Source: an uncultured Fluviicola sp.
Lineage (GTDB): Bacteria; Bacteroidota; Bacteroidia; Flavobacteriales_D; Crocinitomicaceae
Reading direction: 5' to 3'
NCBI GenBank assembly: GCA_964427665.1
Contig: CAYRVL010000005.1
Span: 17,443 to 79,292 of the forward strand
Length of the DNA: 61,850 bases
Of the stretch, positions 46,786 to 56,797 are shown piece after piece. Under the pieces are notes generated by a model, which had not been told where the DNA came from, did not search any database, and saw nothing but the letters and a program-made list of their open reading frames with translations. The translations under genes and the position numbers were made by a program. Each line of letters starts with the position of its first letter. The first letter of the stretch is position 1.

Positions 46786-48498
46786 TTAACTGATCCATTT
46801 TTGGAATCGGCTTTCCTGTTCGGTAGTGCGTTCTTTTGAACGTATCACGCGGTATTCTTTATACTGAACACGTTTATTCCCGAATTGTAGATCCACCTGA
46901 ACCAAGCGTCCGGCCCGTTGAACCGTTAACTGGATCGCGTCCTGCTCAAAATAAGTCAACCATTTTTCAATTTCCCCACCGAGCAAGATCGAATTGATCG
47001 CGATGATCTCATCTTCCAGCATCAATCCGGAAAGATCAGCAGGACTCTCCGGCATGATATTTTTCACGAGCACGTTGGCACCATTCGGCACATATTTGAT
47101 CCCCAAGAGCGCAGCAGAAGGCCTTGAAACAGGAACAACTTCCAATTCGAGTCCGACCAACTGCAGTGTCTCCTGAAGCAAGGTTGTATAATCTTCCGTT
47201 CCATAAAAGAATCGTTCTTTGAGATCTTTCACCGGTTTTCCACCAGCCTTTTCCAGATAATTCCAATACGTTGCTTCGTCAACACCCCTGTTTTCTCTGG
47301 CAACTTCGGTATATAATTGGCGCATGATGTCATCAAGTCCTATCTTGTTTTCTGTGTGTTTCAGCAACAAAATATCCGTTGCCAAAGCCAACAAACACCC
47401 TTCCGTATAAATGGAAACTTTTCTACCCGGCACTCCCGGAACATAACCATCCAACCACGTGTCATACGAGGAATCGGCTACGCTGTAGTTCAATCGCCCG
47501 GGATTATCAAAATGCTTTTGAAACTGAACGTTCAATTCACGCAGGTATTGATCAAAGCTAAAAACCCCACTTTTTAATAGGAACAGGTCGCCCATATAGG
47601 TGGTAACCCCTTCGCACAAATACCCCAGACGCGACAAATTTTCGCGCTGATAATCGTAAGGGAACATATCGATCGGTCGGATCGTTTTCACATTCCAGGT
47701 ATGATACAATTCATGGGAGCTAACACCCAATAATTCGGTGTAAAGCGAATCAAAGACATCGTAAGTAGGACCAAGCGCAATCACAGTAGATTTTAAGTGC
47801 TCCACACCGTGATAAGCTTTATACGGCAATATTTGGAATAAGAAATGGTAATCGTGCACCGGAAAAGAACCAAACTTTTCAATTTGAGAAGTGGTAAACG
47901 CTCTAAAATCATGGATCACCTTATCCCATGGTACATGTTGAAAACCATTGAACCACAAATGAAAGCGCGTCCCAGAAACGGTATATTCTCCATGAACCAA
48001 GTGTTTGGAACAGATGAACGGAGAATCTGCAAGTTCATGAAAATCAGTGGCCCGAAGCGTTCTTCGTTCTTGATCCAAGGACGTTGCAATGATCCAATTC
48101 TCGGGAATATCCAGAGTAATCAGGTGTTCCAAATCTTTATTTTCAGTACAATAGACAAAGCAATTCACCGGATTGACATACAATTGATCTGCGTTTAAAA
48201 AACTGGATCCTGCATTCAATTCAGCAGCATAATAGTCGTAGGTCACCTCCACCATTTCATTAGCCTTGTTTGCCAATTTCCAGGTAGAAAGCGCAATTTT
48301 TTCAAACGGAATGGATTCACCAGTACTTGCACTTACCGAAAAATTGCGGACGTTTTTCGCAAAATTCCCTAACTCGTAGCGTCCCGGTCGCCAACGTGGC
48401 AAATGAATTTCAGCATGTTCGGGTAAATTTGAAAAAAGAACCCGAAATCGAATGAATTGACGTTGCGGATGCGAAATGGAGAGATGATAATGTGTCAT
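46786..48498 (-). CDS. M61 glycyl aminopeptidase family protein with PDZ domain
   Basis: PRWRPGRY, GVEHLKS, HELYHTWN, EGVTTY, C-terminal PDZ (SPADLSGL). Confidence 0.9.
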   Translation of the reverse strand: MTHYHLSISHPQRQFIRFRVLFSNLPEHAEIHLPRWRPGRYELGNFAKNVRNFSVSASTGESIPFEKIALSTWKLANKANEMVEVTYDYYAAELNAGSSFLNADQLYVNPVNCFVYCTENKDLEHLITLDIPENWIIATSLDQERRTLRATDFHELADSPFICSKHLVHGEYTVSGTRFHLWFNGFQHVPWDKVIHDFRAFTTSQIEKFGSFPVHDYHFLFQILPYKAYHGVEHLKSTVIALGPTYDVFDSLYTELLGVSSHELYHTWNVKTIRPIDMFPYDYQRENLSRLGYLCEGVTTYMGDLFLLKSGVFSFDQYLRELNVQFQKHFDNPGRLNYSVADSSYDTWLDGYVPGVPGRKVSIYTEGCLLALATDILLLKHTENKIGLDDIMRQLYTEVARENRGVDEATYWNYLEKAGGKPVKDLKERFFYGTEDYTTLLQETLQLVGLELEVVPVSRPSAALLGIKYVPNGANVLVKNIMPESPADLSGLMLEDEIIAINSILLGGEIEKWLTYFEQDAIQLTVQRAGRLVQVDLQFGNKRVQYKEYRVIRSKERTTEQESRFQKWIS

Positions 48499-48629
48499 GT
48501 CTGTTTGTTTTGTGTTCCAAAAATAACAATCCGAATCAACTGTTGGATACAAAAGGAAATCCGGGCAGGTTGATGGTCATTTATACGGAATTGATTACTT
48601 TCGTGACATATCCAAAAAAAAGAACACAT

Positions 48630-50021
48630 ATGAGCTACGATATCATTGTATTGGGGAGTGGACCTGGAGGTTATGTAACAGCCATTCGCGCTTCTCAATT
48701 GGGATTGAAAACCGCAATTGTTGAACGTGACGCATTGGGAGGAATTTGTTTGAACTGGGGATGTATCCCGACAAAAGCCTTGTTGAAAAGTGCGAACGTT
48801 TTCGAATATTTGACGCATGCGTCAGACTATGGAATCACCGTGAAAGACGCGAAAGTAGACTTCACTGGGATGGTAGAGCGTTCCCGCGGTGTTGCATCCG
48901 GAATGAGCAATGGTATCCAGTTCTTGATGAAAAAGAACAAGATCGACGTGATCAAAGGTTTCGGTACTTTGAAAGCAGGTAAAAAAATTGCGGTTACTGC
49001 AGAAGATGGCACTGTAACTGAGTACACTGCTGACAAAGGGATCATCATCGCAACTGGAGCACGTTCTCGTCAATTACCGAATTTACCACAAGACGGGACC
49101 AAGATCATCGGTTACCGCGAGGCCATGACTTTGAAAACACAACCAAAGAAAATGGTCGTTGTTGGGTCTGGTGCTATTGGTGTTGAATTCGCTTACTTCT
49201 ACAATGCGATCGGAACTGAGGTAACTGTTGTGGAATACTTGCCGAACATTGTTCCAATCGAGGATGAGGAAGTATCTAAACAATTGGAGAAATCCTTCAA
49301 AAAAGCGGGAGTGAACATCATGACCGGAGCATCTGTTGAATCAGTTGATACGTCAGGTAAAGGATGTGTTGTTACTGTAAAAACGGCTAAAGGAGAAGAA
49401 AAGATCGAATGTGATGTCGTTCTTTCTGCTGTTGGTATTCAAGCGAACATTGAAAACATCGGTTTGGAGGAACTTGGGATCGTTACTGACAAAGGACGCA
49501 TTTTGGTGAATGATTATTACCAAACAAATATCCCGGGATACTTCGCAATCGGTGATGTCATCCCTACTGCGGCTTTGGCACACGTTGCTTCTGCTGAAGG
49601 AATCATTTGTGTGGAGAAAATCGCTGGTCACCATCCGGAACCATTGGATTACAACAACATCCCTGGATGTACGTACTGTTCACCGGAAGTGGCTTCTGTT
49701 GGAATGACAGAAAAAGCAGCTAAAGAAGCAGGAATCGAGATCAAAGTAGGAAAGTTCCCATTCTCGGCATCCGGAAAAGCTTCTGCTGCAGGGGCAAAAG
49801 ATGGATTCGTGAAATTGATCTTCGATGCGAAATACGGTGAATTGCTTGGTGGTCACATGATCGGAGCAAATGTTACTGAAATGATTGCAGAGATCGTAGC
49901 AATCCGTAAATTGGAAGTTACCGGAGAAGAATTGATCAAAACGGTTCACCCGCACCCAACAATGTCAGAGGCGGTTATGGAAGCTGCCGCTGCGGCCTAT
50001 GGAGAAGTGATCCATTTATAA
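48630..50021 (+). CDS. lpdA: Dihydrolipoyl dehydrogenase (E3)
   Basis: GSGPGGY, CLNWGCIPTK, GSGAIG, HPHPTMSE. Confidence 0.97.
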   Translation: MSYDIIVLGSGPGGYVTAIRASQLGLKTAIVERDALGGICLNWGCIPTKALLKSANVFEYLTHASDYGITVKDAKVDFTGMVERSRGVASGMSNGIQFLMKKNKIDVIKGFGTLKAGKKIAVTAEDGTVTEYTADKGIIIATGARSRQLPNLPQDGTKIIGYREAMTLKTQPKKMVVVGSGAIGVEFAYFYNAIGTEVTVVEYLPNIVPIEDEEVSKQLEKSFKKAGVNIMTGASVESVDTSGKGCVVTVKTAKGEEKIECDVVLSAVGIQANIENIGLEELGIVTDKGRILVNDYYQTNIPGYFAIGDVIPTAALAHVASAEGIICVEKIAGHHPEPLDYNNIPGCTYCSPEVASVGMTEKAAKEAGIEIKVGKFPFSASGKASAAGAKDGFVKLIFDAKYGELLGGHMIGANVTEMIAEIVAIRKLEVTGEELIKTVHPHPTMSEAVMEAAAAAYGEVIHL

Positions 50022-50036
50022 GAAATAATCCTATTG

Positions 50037-50072
50037 AAAAAGCCCGCTCTTTAACAAGAGCGGGCTTTTTTT
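50037..50072. terminator. Bidirectional terminator
   Basis: AAAAAGCCCGCTCTT-loop-AAGAGCGGGCTTTTT. Confidence 0.9.
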
Positions 50073-50121
50073 ATTTCTATTTATCTGGATTTCTGTGCGA
50101 CTTTACACGTTTGATCAGAAA

Positions 50122-51033
50122 TCACACCACTTCCTTCATTTCCACAGGACTAGCAACGGCCACGCGCGTATCGCCACCATCAAATTCCACTTCGATCTTG
50201 CCCAACAACAAGCCTCCGTATCCCACTTGATTCACGATTACCGGTTTTCCTTCCCTGTTCACAAGCTCAACACCCTTTTCCAAAAATGTGTGTGTATGAC
50301 CACCCAAAATAATGTCTATTCCTGTTGTTTCTTGAGCCAGTACCCTATCCGAAACTTTATCGGTGGCGTATTCAAATCCCAAGTGTGATAGACAGATCAC
50401 CAGATCACAGCCTTTTTTGCGGAGTTTGTTAACCTCTTTCTGTACGCTTTTGATTGGATCATTGTAAATCAATCCTTTTGTTAGATTATCTGCCACCAAT
50501 CCCTTTAGATCGATCCCAACACCGGTGATCCCGATCTTTCTTCCTGCTTTTTTGAGAATGATCGAGGGAACGACCACATCTTTCAAGGCCGTATTGGAAA
50601 CATCATAATTGCAATTCACCACAGGAAATTTACCTTCTTGTTTCGCATGAACAAATCCGTCGATGCCAATGTCGAAATCATGATTCCCCAAAGTCATGGC
50701 ATCATAGCCCATTTCCGACATCACTTTCATTTCTAAAACTCCTTTGAATTTATTGAAATAAGGGGTTCCCTGAAATACATCACCGGCATCTAATAACAAG
50801 ACGTTCTCAGACTGCTCACGAATTTGTTCTATGAACTTCGCTCTGCGAGACACGCCTCCCCGATCCGGAAACTTCGCATGATTTTTCGGGAATGGATCAA
50901 TGTTGGAATGGGTGTCGTTCGTATGAAGGATCACTAATTTTTTAGGGGCTTTTTTAGCACTGATCAACGAGGGCGCTACCACAGCTGCAGCTGCAATAAT
51001 TCCTGTTTGCTGAAGAAAATTTCTGCGTTTCAT
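50122..51033 (-). CDS. 5'-nucleotidase N-terminal metallophosphatase subunit with Tat signal
   Basis: MKRRNFL twin-arginine signal; HTNDTHS, DAGD, GNHDFD, LSHLG, GGHTH. Confidence 0.9.
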   Translation of the reverse strand: MKRRNFLQQTGIIAAAAVVAPSLISAKKAPKKLVILHTNDTHSNIDPFPKNHAKFPDRGGVSRRAKFIEQIREQSENVLLLDAGDVFQGTPYFNKFKGVLEMKVMSEMGYDAMTLGNHDFDIGIDGFVHAKQEGKFPVVNCNYDVSNTALKDVVVPSIILKKAGRKIGITGVGIDLKGLVADNLTKGLIYNDPIKSVQKEVNKLRKKGCDLVICLSHLGFEYATDKVSDRVLAQETTGIDIILGGHTHTFLEKGVELVNREGKPVIVNQVGYGGLLLGKIEVEFDGGDTRVAVASPVEMKEVV

Positions 51034-51034
51034 A

Positions 51035-51739
51035 TTACCAAGATATACGTTCTTCTGCTGTAACTTGTAAAATTTGCTGTTTTTTAACAGCCCGAATAAA
51101 CACATCGCGGATCAAGATCCCGGTAATTCGTTTTTCTTTAGCCTGTTGCAAAAAATCCATTCGATCACCTCCATTTGCCAAAAAATCACTCGTCACTATG
51201 TAGAACTCGTTGGATTCTTGTTTCGGATTCAGGGAAAGAACGCCGCGGTTGATCACCATACCTGAAATGGGTTCTCCACCTGACTTATACAAATAACTTT
51301 GAAGATCATCCAAAATTGAACGATCACATTTCATTACGACCACTGTGTTGTCGAATGGCATCAATTTAAAAACATCTCCGATGGTGATCGGTCCCTTCGA
51401 GATACTGGCGCGCAAACCACCGGTATTTAGCAAGACAACCACCGGCAGATCATTTAAGGCCAGCGAATCTTTTGCAAAATCCAAGATCGCATCCGTTGCC
51501 CAATTCCCCAAATTGCTGGATGGTCTGGCAACACTCAGGTCCGTTGGAGACTCCCCGATCACCACATTCATTTCAGCCGCCAATTCACGAGAGAACGGAG
51601 CGATCAATGAATCCATCTTGGCGTCTGTGCCTAATTCCGTCGAAATGGCCGTATTGGAAAGTGGATAAGTTGTGACCAACGAAGAAGAGCAGGCCATTAA
51701 GCCTGCTCCTAAACCAAAAACGAATAGTTTCCGAATCAT
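51035..51739 (-). CDS. 5'-nucleotidase C-terminal (substrate-binding) subunit, lipoprotein
   Basis: Lipobox LMAC; LGNWATD, NTGGLR, MPFDN, SDFLANGGD. Confidence 0.9.
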   Translation of the reverse strand: MIRKLFVFGLGAGLMACSSSLVTTYPLSNTAISTELGTDAKMDSLIAPFSRELAAEMNVVIGESPTDLSVARPSSNLGNWATDAILDFAKDSLALNDLPVVVLLNTGGLRASISKGPITIGDVFKLMPFDNTVVVMKCDRSILDDLQSYLYKSGGEPISGMVINRGVLSLNPKQESNEFYIVTSDFLANGGDRMDFLQQAKEKRITGILIRDVFIRAVKKQQILQVTAEERISW

Positions 51740-51740
51740 G

Positions 51741-54017
51741 TTATTCTACAATGAACGTACGATTTACTTCTCCGGATCCAGTATTTACGATCACCGTATA
51801 CGTTCCACGAGCAAAACTGTGTGTATTCAAAGACACCAATGGCGCTTTTAAACCAGCTTCTGAAGCGATCACTCGTCCGCTTGCATCAAGAATGGTATAT
51901 GCTTCGATTTCCATTCCATTGATTTGCAAATACAAGTTATTGGAAGTTGGAACCGGGAACACAACGAAATTTTGTTTCAAATACTCCGCTGTTGCAAGTT
52001 CACAACCATTCGCATCATACGCTGCAGCATTAAAGTTGATGAAACATGCATAATCAACACTGTCAACAAACGGATTGCGGTTACCTTGGACACTGTAGAT
52101 GTACTCGTTGCGAGCGATCTCGTAGTTATCAGGAAGATCCGCGAAATGCCATTGTTTCAAGATCTCTTGAGGCTGGTTTGTACCTGTTCCCCAGTTATTT
52201 CCATCGATTCCATTGTATGCTGCAACCATGTAGAAAATAGAGCGAGCCGCGTTTCCTTTGTGTGACGCACGCGGTTCGTAAACCAACTGCGCTCCGTTAT
52301 AACCTACAGATCCTTCCAAATAGTTAAAAACAATACTTCCGGTGATCTCATTTAATGGCAAGTTACTGCGCGGTGAATTCGCTTGATTCAAGTTCGTTGG
52401 ATACAAATTGTGTTGATCAGAATACTCCGGTTTTGACGGATTACCGTCTGCCGGGAACGTAGGCATCCAAGAATGTGAATACGTGTGCTCACGAGAGTAA
52501 CCAATCGTTGTCCAATCGAATGGATCGTTGAACACTTTACGTTCACCGGAATAAGCACAAACCACGAATGAACGTCCATCAGTTGTGTCGCGCACTTCGA
52601 ATTGATTCATGACTGTTGGCTTGTAATTACCGTAAGAAATAACCGTATGCGGATTGATCAATGCCGTAAGGTCTGACAAGAATGTGGTGTTTGAGGTAGA
52701 AAGTCCAGAGTAATACGTGCCGATCTGTGCACCTTGAGAAGTAACACTTCCTGTCAATGCACCTGTAGTTTTGTAGTTCTGATAGCCCACTGGACCGTTA
52801 AACGCAAATACAGCAACGTAGTAAGTTGTATTCGCTACAACGTGACGTGGCGCGAATGAGGTACCAGGTCCGATGTACGCAACTTTTCCATTTCCGATGA
52901 TATCACCGCGCTTGTAAGTAATGCCATCAACAGGAGCGCCACTGATCGGTCCGGTTGTAGACCAAACTACCAAGTAATTCTCTGCCGTTGCACTCGCTGT
53001 GTAAGCCCCGTTAAATGTATACGCTTTCACGTTCGGGAAGGTCAAATTTGTTGGATTTGCAGCAGGTTCTGTAGCACTTCCGTTAGATCCAATACCGTAC
53101 AAGTTGATCGTGTACGAAGCTTCATCTGAATCATCAGAAGCGATCGTCAACGTAGCCAATCGAGATCCGTTGGCTGTTGGTGTAAATTGAACATTGATCG
53201 CTGCCGAGTTTCCTCCACCGATCACTTGTCCACCAAATGGCGTAGAAAAATCACCTGCATTTGCTCCAGAGAACGTAGCTCCAGTTACGGTTAAGTTCCC
53301 TGTTCCCAAGTTCTGCACCGTGATCGTACTTACGCTGTTCATTCCAACAACATACTGTGAACCTGACAAATAAGTCGTACCTCCGATCGTCACATTGATC
53401 TCACGCGCCGGAGCTACATAAGCTGTGATATCGTTTTGATCACGTGGTAACAATTGATAATTCGTGTTAAACTGACTCAACAATCCGGTAATACTTCGCG
53501 GACCGGAAGGAATGGTTTGTCCAACCAAATTGGAACCTGTTGAAATACGAATCTGGAAGGTGTTTGACCCATCCGTTACATCGTAATTCGTGTTGGCAGC
53601 AAAAGTTCCAGTTGTTGTAAAAGTGACATTATCCAGACGCAATAACTGACCTTCCAAGGATTCGCCTATCGCTGGGATCGGAACAGCCAAAGGAGCTGGC
53701 AAAATACCGTTTCCAAGATCTGTAAATGACGTTGTTGGAGAGATTTCAAGCAATCCATTAAAATCATACAATACGCCTGTCACCTCGATCGAGTCACCAC
53801 GTAATACACTGTTCAAAATACTTCCAAAAGCTGGAAGAGCTCCAGTAGCATCCTGCACATAACGGATGGTTCCCAATTCACTACCATTGGTTACAACTCC
53901 ACGGATGGTAACTGTTTGCCCGATGGCATAATTTCGTGCTTCTGCAATATCCGCTTGTGCAAACGATTGGAACGCTGCGAAAAAGCCGAATAAACCAACG
54001 AAAATTTTCTTATTCAT
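51741..54017 (-). CDS. T9SS-secreted endonuclease I (His-Me finger) with N-terminal OB-folds, Ig/Fn3-like domains and type-A CTD
   Basis: YVQDATG OB-fold; REHTYSHSW, DQHNL, NSPRSN, EPR..HKGNAARSIFY, QGNRNPFVD; CTD VFPVPT...GTY...FIVE. Confidence 0.88.
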   Translation of the reverse strand: MNKKIFVGLFGFFAAFQSFAQADIAEARNYAIGQTVTIRGVVTNGSELGTIRYVQDATGALPAFGSILNSVLRGDSIEVTGVLYDFNGLLEISPTTSFTDLGNGILPAPLAVPIPAIGESLEGQLLRLDNVTFTTTGTFAANTNYDVTDGSNTFQIRISTGSNLVGQTIPSGPRSITGLLSQFNTNYQLLPRDQNDITAYVAPAREINVTIGGTTYLSGSQYVVGMNSVSTITVQNLGTGNLTVTGATFSGANAGDFSTPFGGQVIGGGNSAAINVQFTPTANGSRLATLTIASDDSDEASYTINLYGIGSNGSATEPAANPTNLTFPNVKAYTFNGAYTASATAENYLVVWSTTGPISGAPVDGITYKRGDIIGNGKVAYIGPGTSFAPRHVVANTTYYVAVFAFNGPVGYQNYKTTGALTGSVTSQGAQIGTYYSGLSTSNTTFLSDLTALINPHTVISYGNYKPTVMNQFEVRDTTDGRSFVVCAYSGERKVFNDPFDWTTIGYSREHTYSHSWMPTFPADGNPSKPEYSDQHNLYPTNLNQANSPRSNLPLNEITGSIVFNYLEGSVGYNGAQLVYEPRASHKGNAARSIFYMVAAYNGIDGNNWGTGTNQPQEILKQWHFADLPDNYEIARNEYIYSVQGNRNPFVDSVDYACFINFNAAAYDANGCELATAEYLKQNFVVFPVPTSNNLYLQINGMEIEAYTILDASGRVIASEAGLKAPLVSLNTHSFARGTYTVIVNTGSGEVNRTFIVE

Positions 54018-54033
54018 CTTACTTGTTTTTTTA

Positions 54034-56742
54034 TTAAAACTGAATTCCTAATGACACATTGAATCGGAATCCTTGGCCAAACATAACGCTGGCCGAATTA
54101 GCATCAAATCCATTTCCATAGAAGTTATTATTTCCATCAGCAATGAATCTGCTGTTCAACATATTTGTGATCGAACCATTTAATAGCAAGTTCACTTTCT
54201 TCACTTTAAATGTGTACCCCGCAAAGGCATTCAACAAACCGTATCCCGGAATTTTCCAAGAATCACGACCTCCCGATGCCCCCTGCAAATAGAATGGATT
54301 GAAGTTTGAGTAATAACGATCAAAATACTGATACTGCAACTTGATGAACATCTTTTTAAATGGTTCGAAACGAATACTGGAATTCAACATTGTTTGCGCC
54401 GCATCACCTACGTGTACGCCCCGTGCATCAAACGAGAAGCTATAGTTGAACTCCGGAACAAAAAATGTTTCTGTAGATGCCCATCGCCAATCTCCGTATG
54501 AGAACATAAACTCCGCAGAAAGCTTTTTCGTGATCTTGTAAGCAACATCAACTTCTCCACCAACGTGTATTGCGTCCATCCCGTTGATGTTCAAGAAAAT
54601 ACTCGCAGTAGGATCATTCGGATCGGGAATAGATACACCAAATGGGAATGGTTTGTTTTTCCAGTTTGTGAAATATCCGTTCACGTTAAATCCTAATTTT
54701 TTTCCGGAATACGTATACCCCAATTCCACGGCTTGGATGACCTCATTCACGATCTCTTGGAAAAAGGTATTCGTGTTATTATCGATCACATTACTGAACT
54801 GTGGAGTACGCGACAAATATCCCATGTTCATGAAAATATTCATCTCTTCATTCAAGGTATAATTCGCTCCTGCTTTGATCGTTGCACCTGGGATACTTTT
54901 CCATTTTGTTTGGAAATGATCTAGTCCTGCACTTGAAGCCGTGTACATTTGTCCATCGTAGTTGATGGTATCATTAGCACCAATCCGAAGGATCGTATCG
55001 CCTAGATCCAATACCTTTTTCTCAAAATAGTCGATTCCCTTGTAGGAATTGATCACCCCGGAAACATTTACAAAAGTCGACCAGCGTTCGTTCGAATACT
55101 CGACAGAACCGAATACTCCTCCCCACTGCACCAAACCATCACGGTCTTTGTTGTAGGAATTCAATGCGATCTTGTCACCTTTGCGCATCATAGCAGTCGG
55201 ACTGTTCTGATTGGCTGTATTCACAAAGTAATCTCCTCCCAAAAGATCACGAACCTCTTGGTAGTGTTGACCTTGATAATAGCGGTAATCCAATCCCCCG
55301 TTGATCGTCCACTGCTTGTTCAATTCGTATTGGAACTGACCTAAATAACCTACCCAAAAGTGATTATTCACACTGGAGATCAAAACCTGAGTGGATTTTA
55401 GTTCTGTTGACGAATACGCCGGGTCGATATTTGGACCACCAAAAAGTTGATCGACCTGATTGGTTTGTACGATCGCATCCCAATCAATTGTTCCGTCTGG
55501 TTTGTAGATAGTCGCCGCTGAATTCGCCAAGCGAGTTCCACCTCCACGCCCGATAGACATGTAGGCAATATTGGAAATTGACAATTTCTTATTAACGGTC
55601 CAGAAATCTTTCAGTGTCAATTGCGGTTTGTGGTAGTAATTCAAACGCTCGTTCATCACCTCTTGTCGACCATCGCGCGTAATGTATCCCCAGTGTTGGT
55701 TAAAACGAACTCCGCGATCGTAGACCTGAGAAGAATCAATGGACAAGCCCATGTTCGTTGCATAATCGGAATCCCAATACTGAATACGTTGATTGAACGA
55801 CCGCTGACCATGACGCTGAGGTGCCCCAAAAGCTGAAAACGAGATCAAGTGTTTATTTAATTTCTTTTGAACTTTTACATAGTAAAAAGCTCCCATTGTG
55901 TTGGTCCCGTAAACCCATCCATTTCCTTGTTTGTACGAACCGGAAAAAGTAACCCCCCAACCTTTTTTCGTCAATCCGGAATTGTAGGTCAAAGACGTTC
56001 TGAAAAAATCACCGGTTCCGTATTCTTGTTTGAAAGTAATTCCTTTTCGACTTCCGATACCGGCGGTAACGATATTCAATGATCCCCCAACAGATGGCAT
56101 CGACAACTTTGTCGCACCCAAACCACGTTGTACTTGGATCTGATTCGTAATTGCGTCCAAACCAAACCAGTTCGACCAATAAACAGCACCGTTCTCCATG
56201 TCGTTCACCGGAACCCCATCGATCAACACCCCGACATTTCGCTGATCAAAACCACGAACAACGATACGAGCATCTCCATCTCCACCTCCGGTTTGGGTCG
56301 CAAAAACCCCCGGAGTAGCATTCAACAACATGGGCAGGTCGCGCGAACCCAATTCTTCGTTGATCTTAACTGCATCGATCTTCGTTAAAGCGATTGGTGT
56401 TTTTCTATCAATCGCGATATTGGCAATGACACGGATCTCCTCGATTTCGGTGGAACCACCTAGGCGCGGTTGAACATTCACTTCCGGTTTGTCAACCACC
56501 ACATCCATCACCAAGGTGTCGAATTCGGTGGAAGTCACCTGCATTTTGTATTTGCCGTACGGTACATTTTCGAAAGAAAAATTCCCTTCATCATCCGTTA
56601 CCGCACGGAAAGTCCCCAGATTGATATAACAGCCAATTACGGCTTATTCGTTCAATTTGTCTTTGATAGTTCCAGTAACTTTTCCTTGCTGAGCAAACAA
56701 GGTTACAGGCAACAAAAAGAACAGAAATAACAAGTTTTTCAT
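54034..56742 (-). pseudogene. TonB-dependent receptor interrupted by in-frame TAA at codon 33 (56644-56646)
   Basis: ATG at 56742 gives MKNLLFLFFLLPVTLFAQQGKVTGTIKDKLNE*AVIGCYINLGTFRAVTDDEGNF..., in frame with ORF 54034..56544 (VRGFDQRN, VYWSNW, terminal LGIQF). Confidence 0.85.
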
Positions 56743-56752
56743 CTTGAATCAC

Positions 56753-56783
56753 AAAAAAAAGAGGTCAGTAAACCTGACCTCTC
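56753..56783 (-). terminator. Intra-operon terminator-like hairpin
   Basis: Minus strand AGAGGTCAG-GTTTA-CTGACCTCT followed by a T-run, ending 10 nt before the receptor ATG. Confidence 0.8.
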
Positions 56784-56797
56784 AATACTGTATAGAC

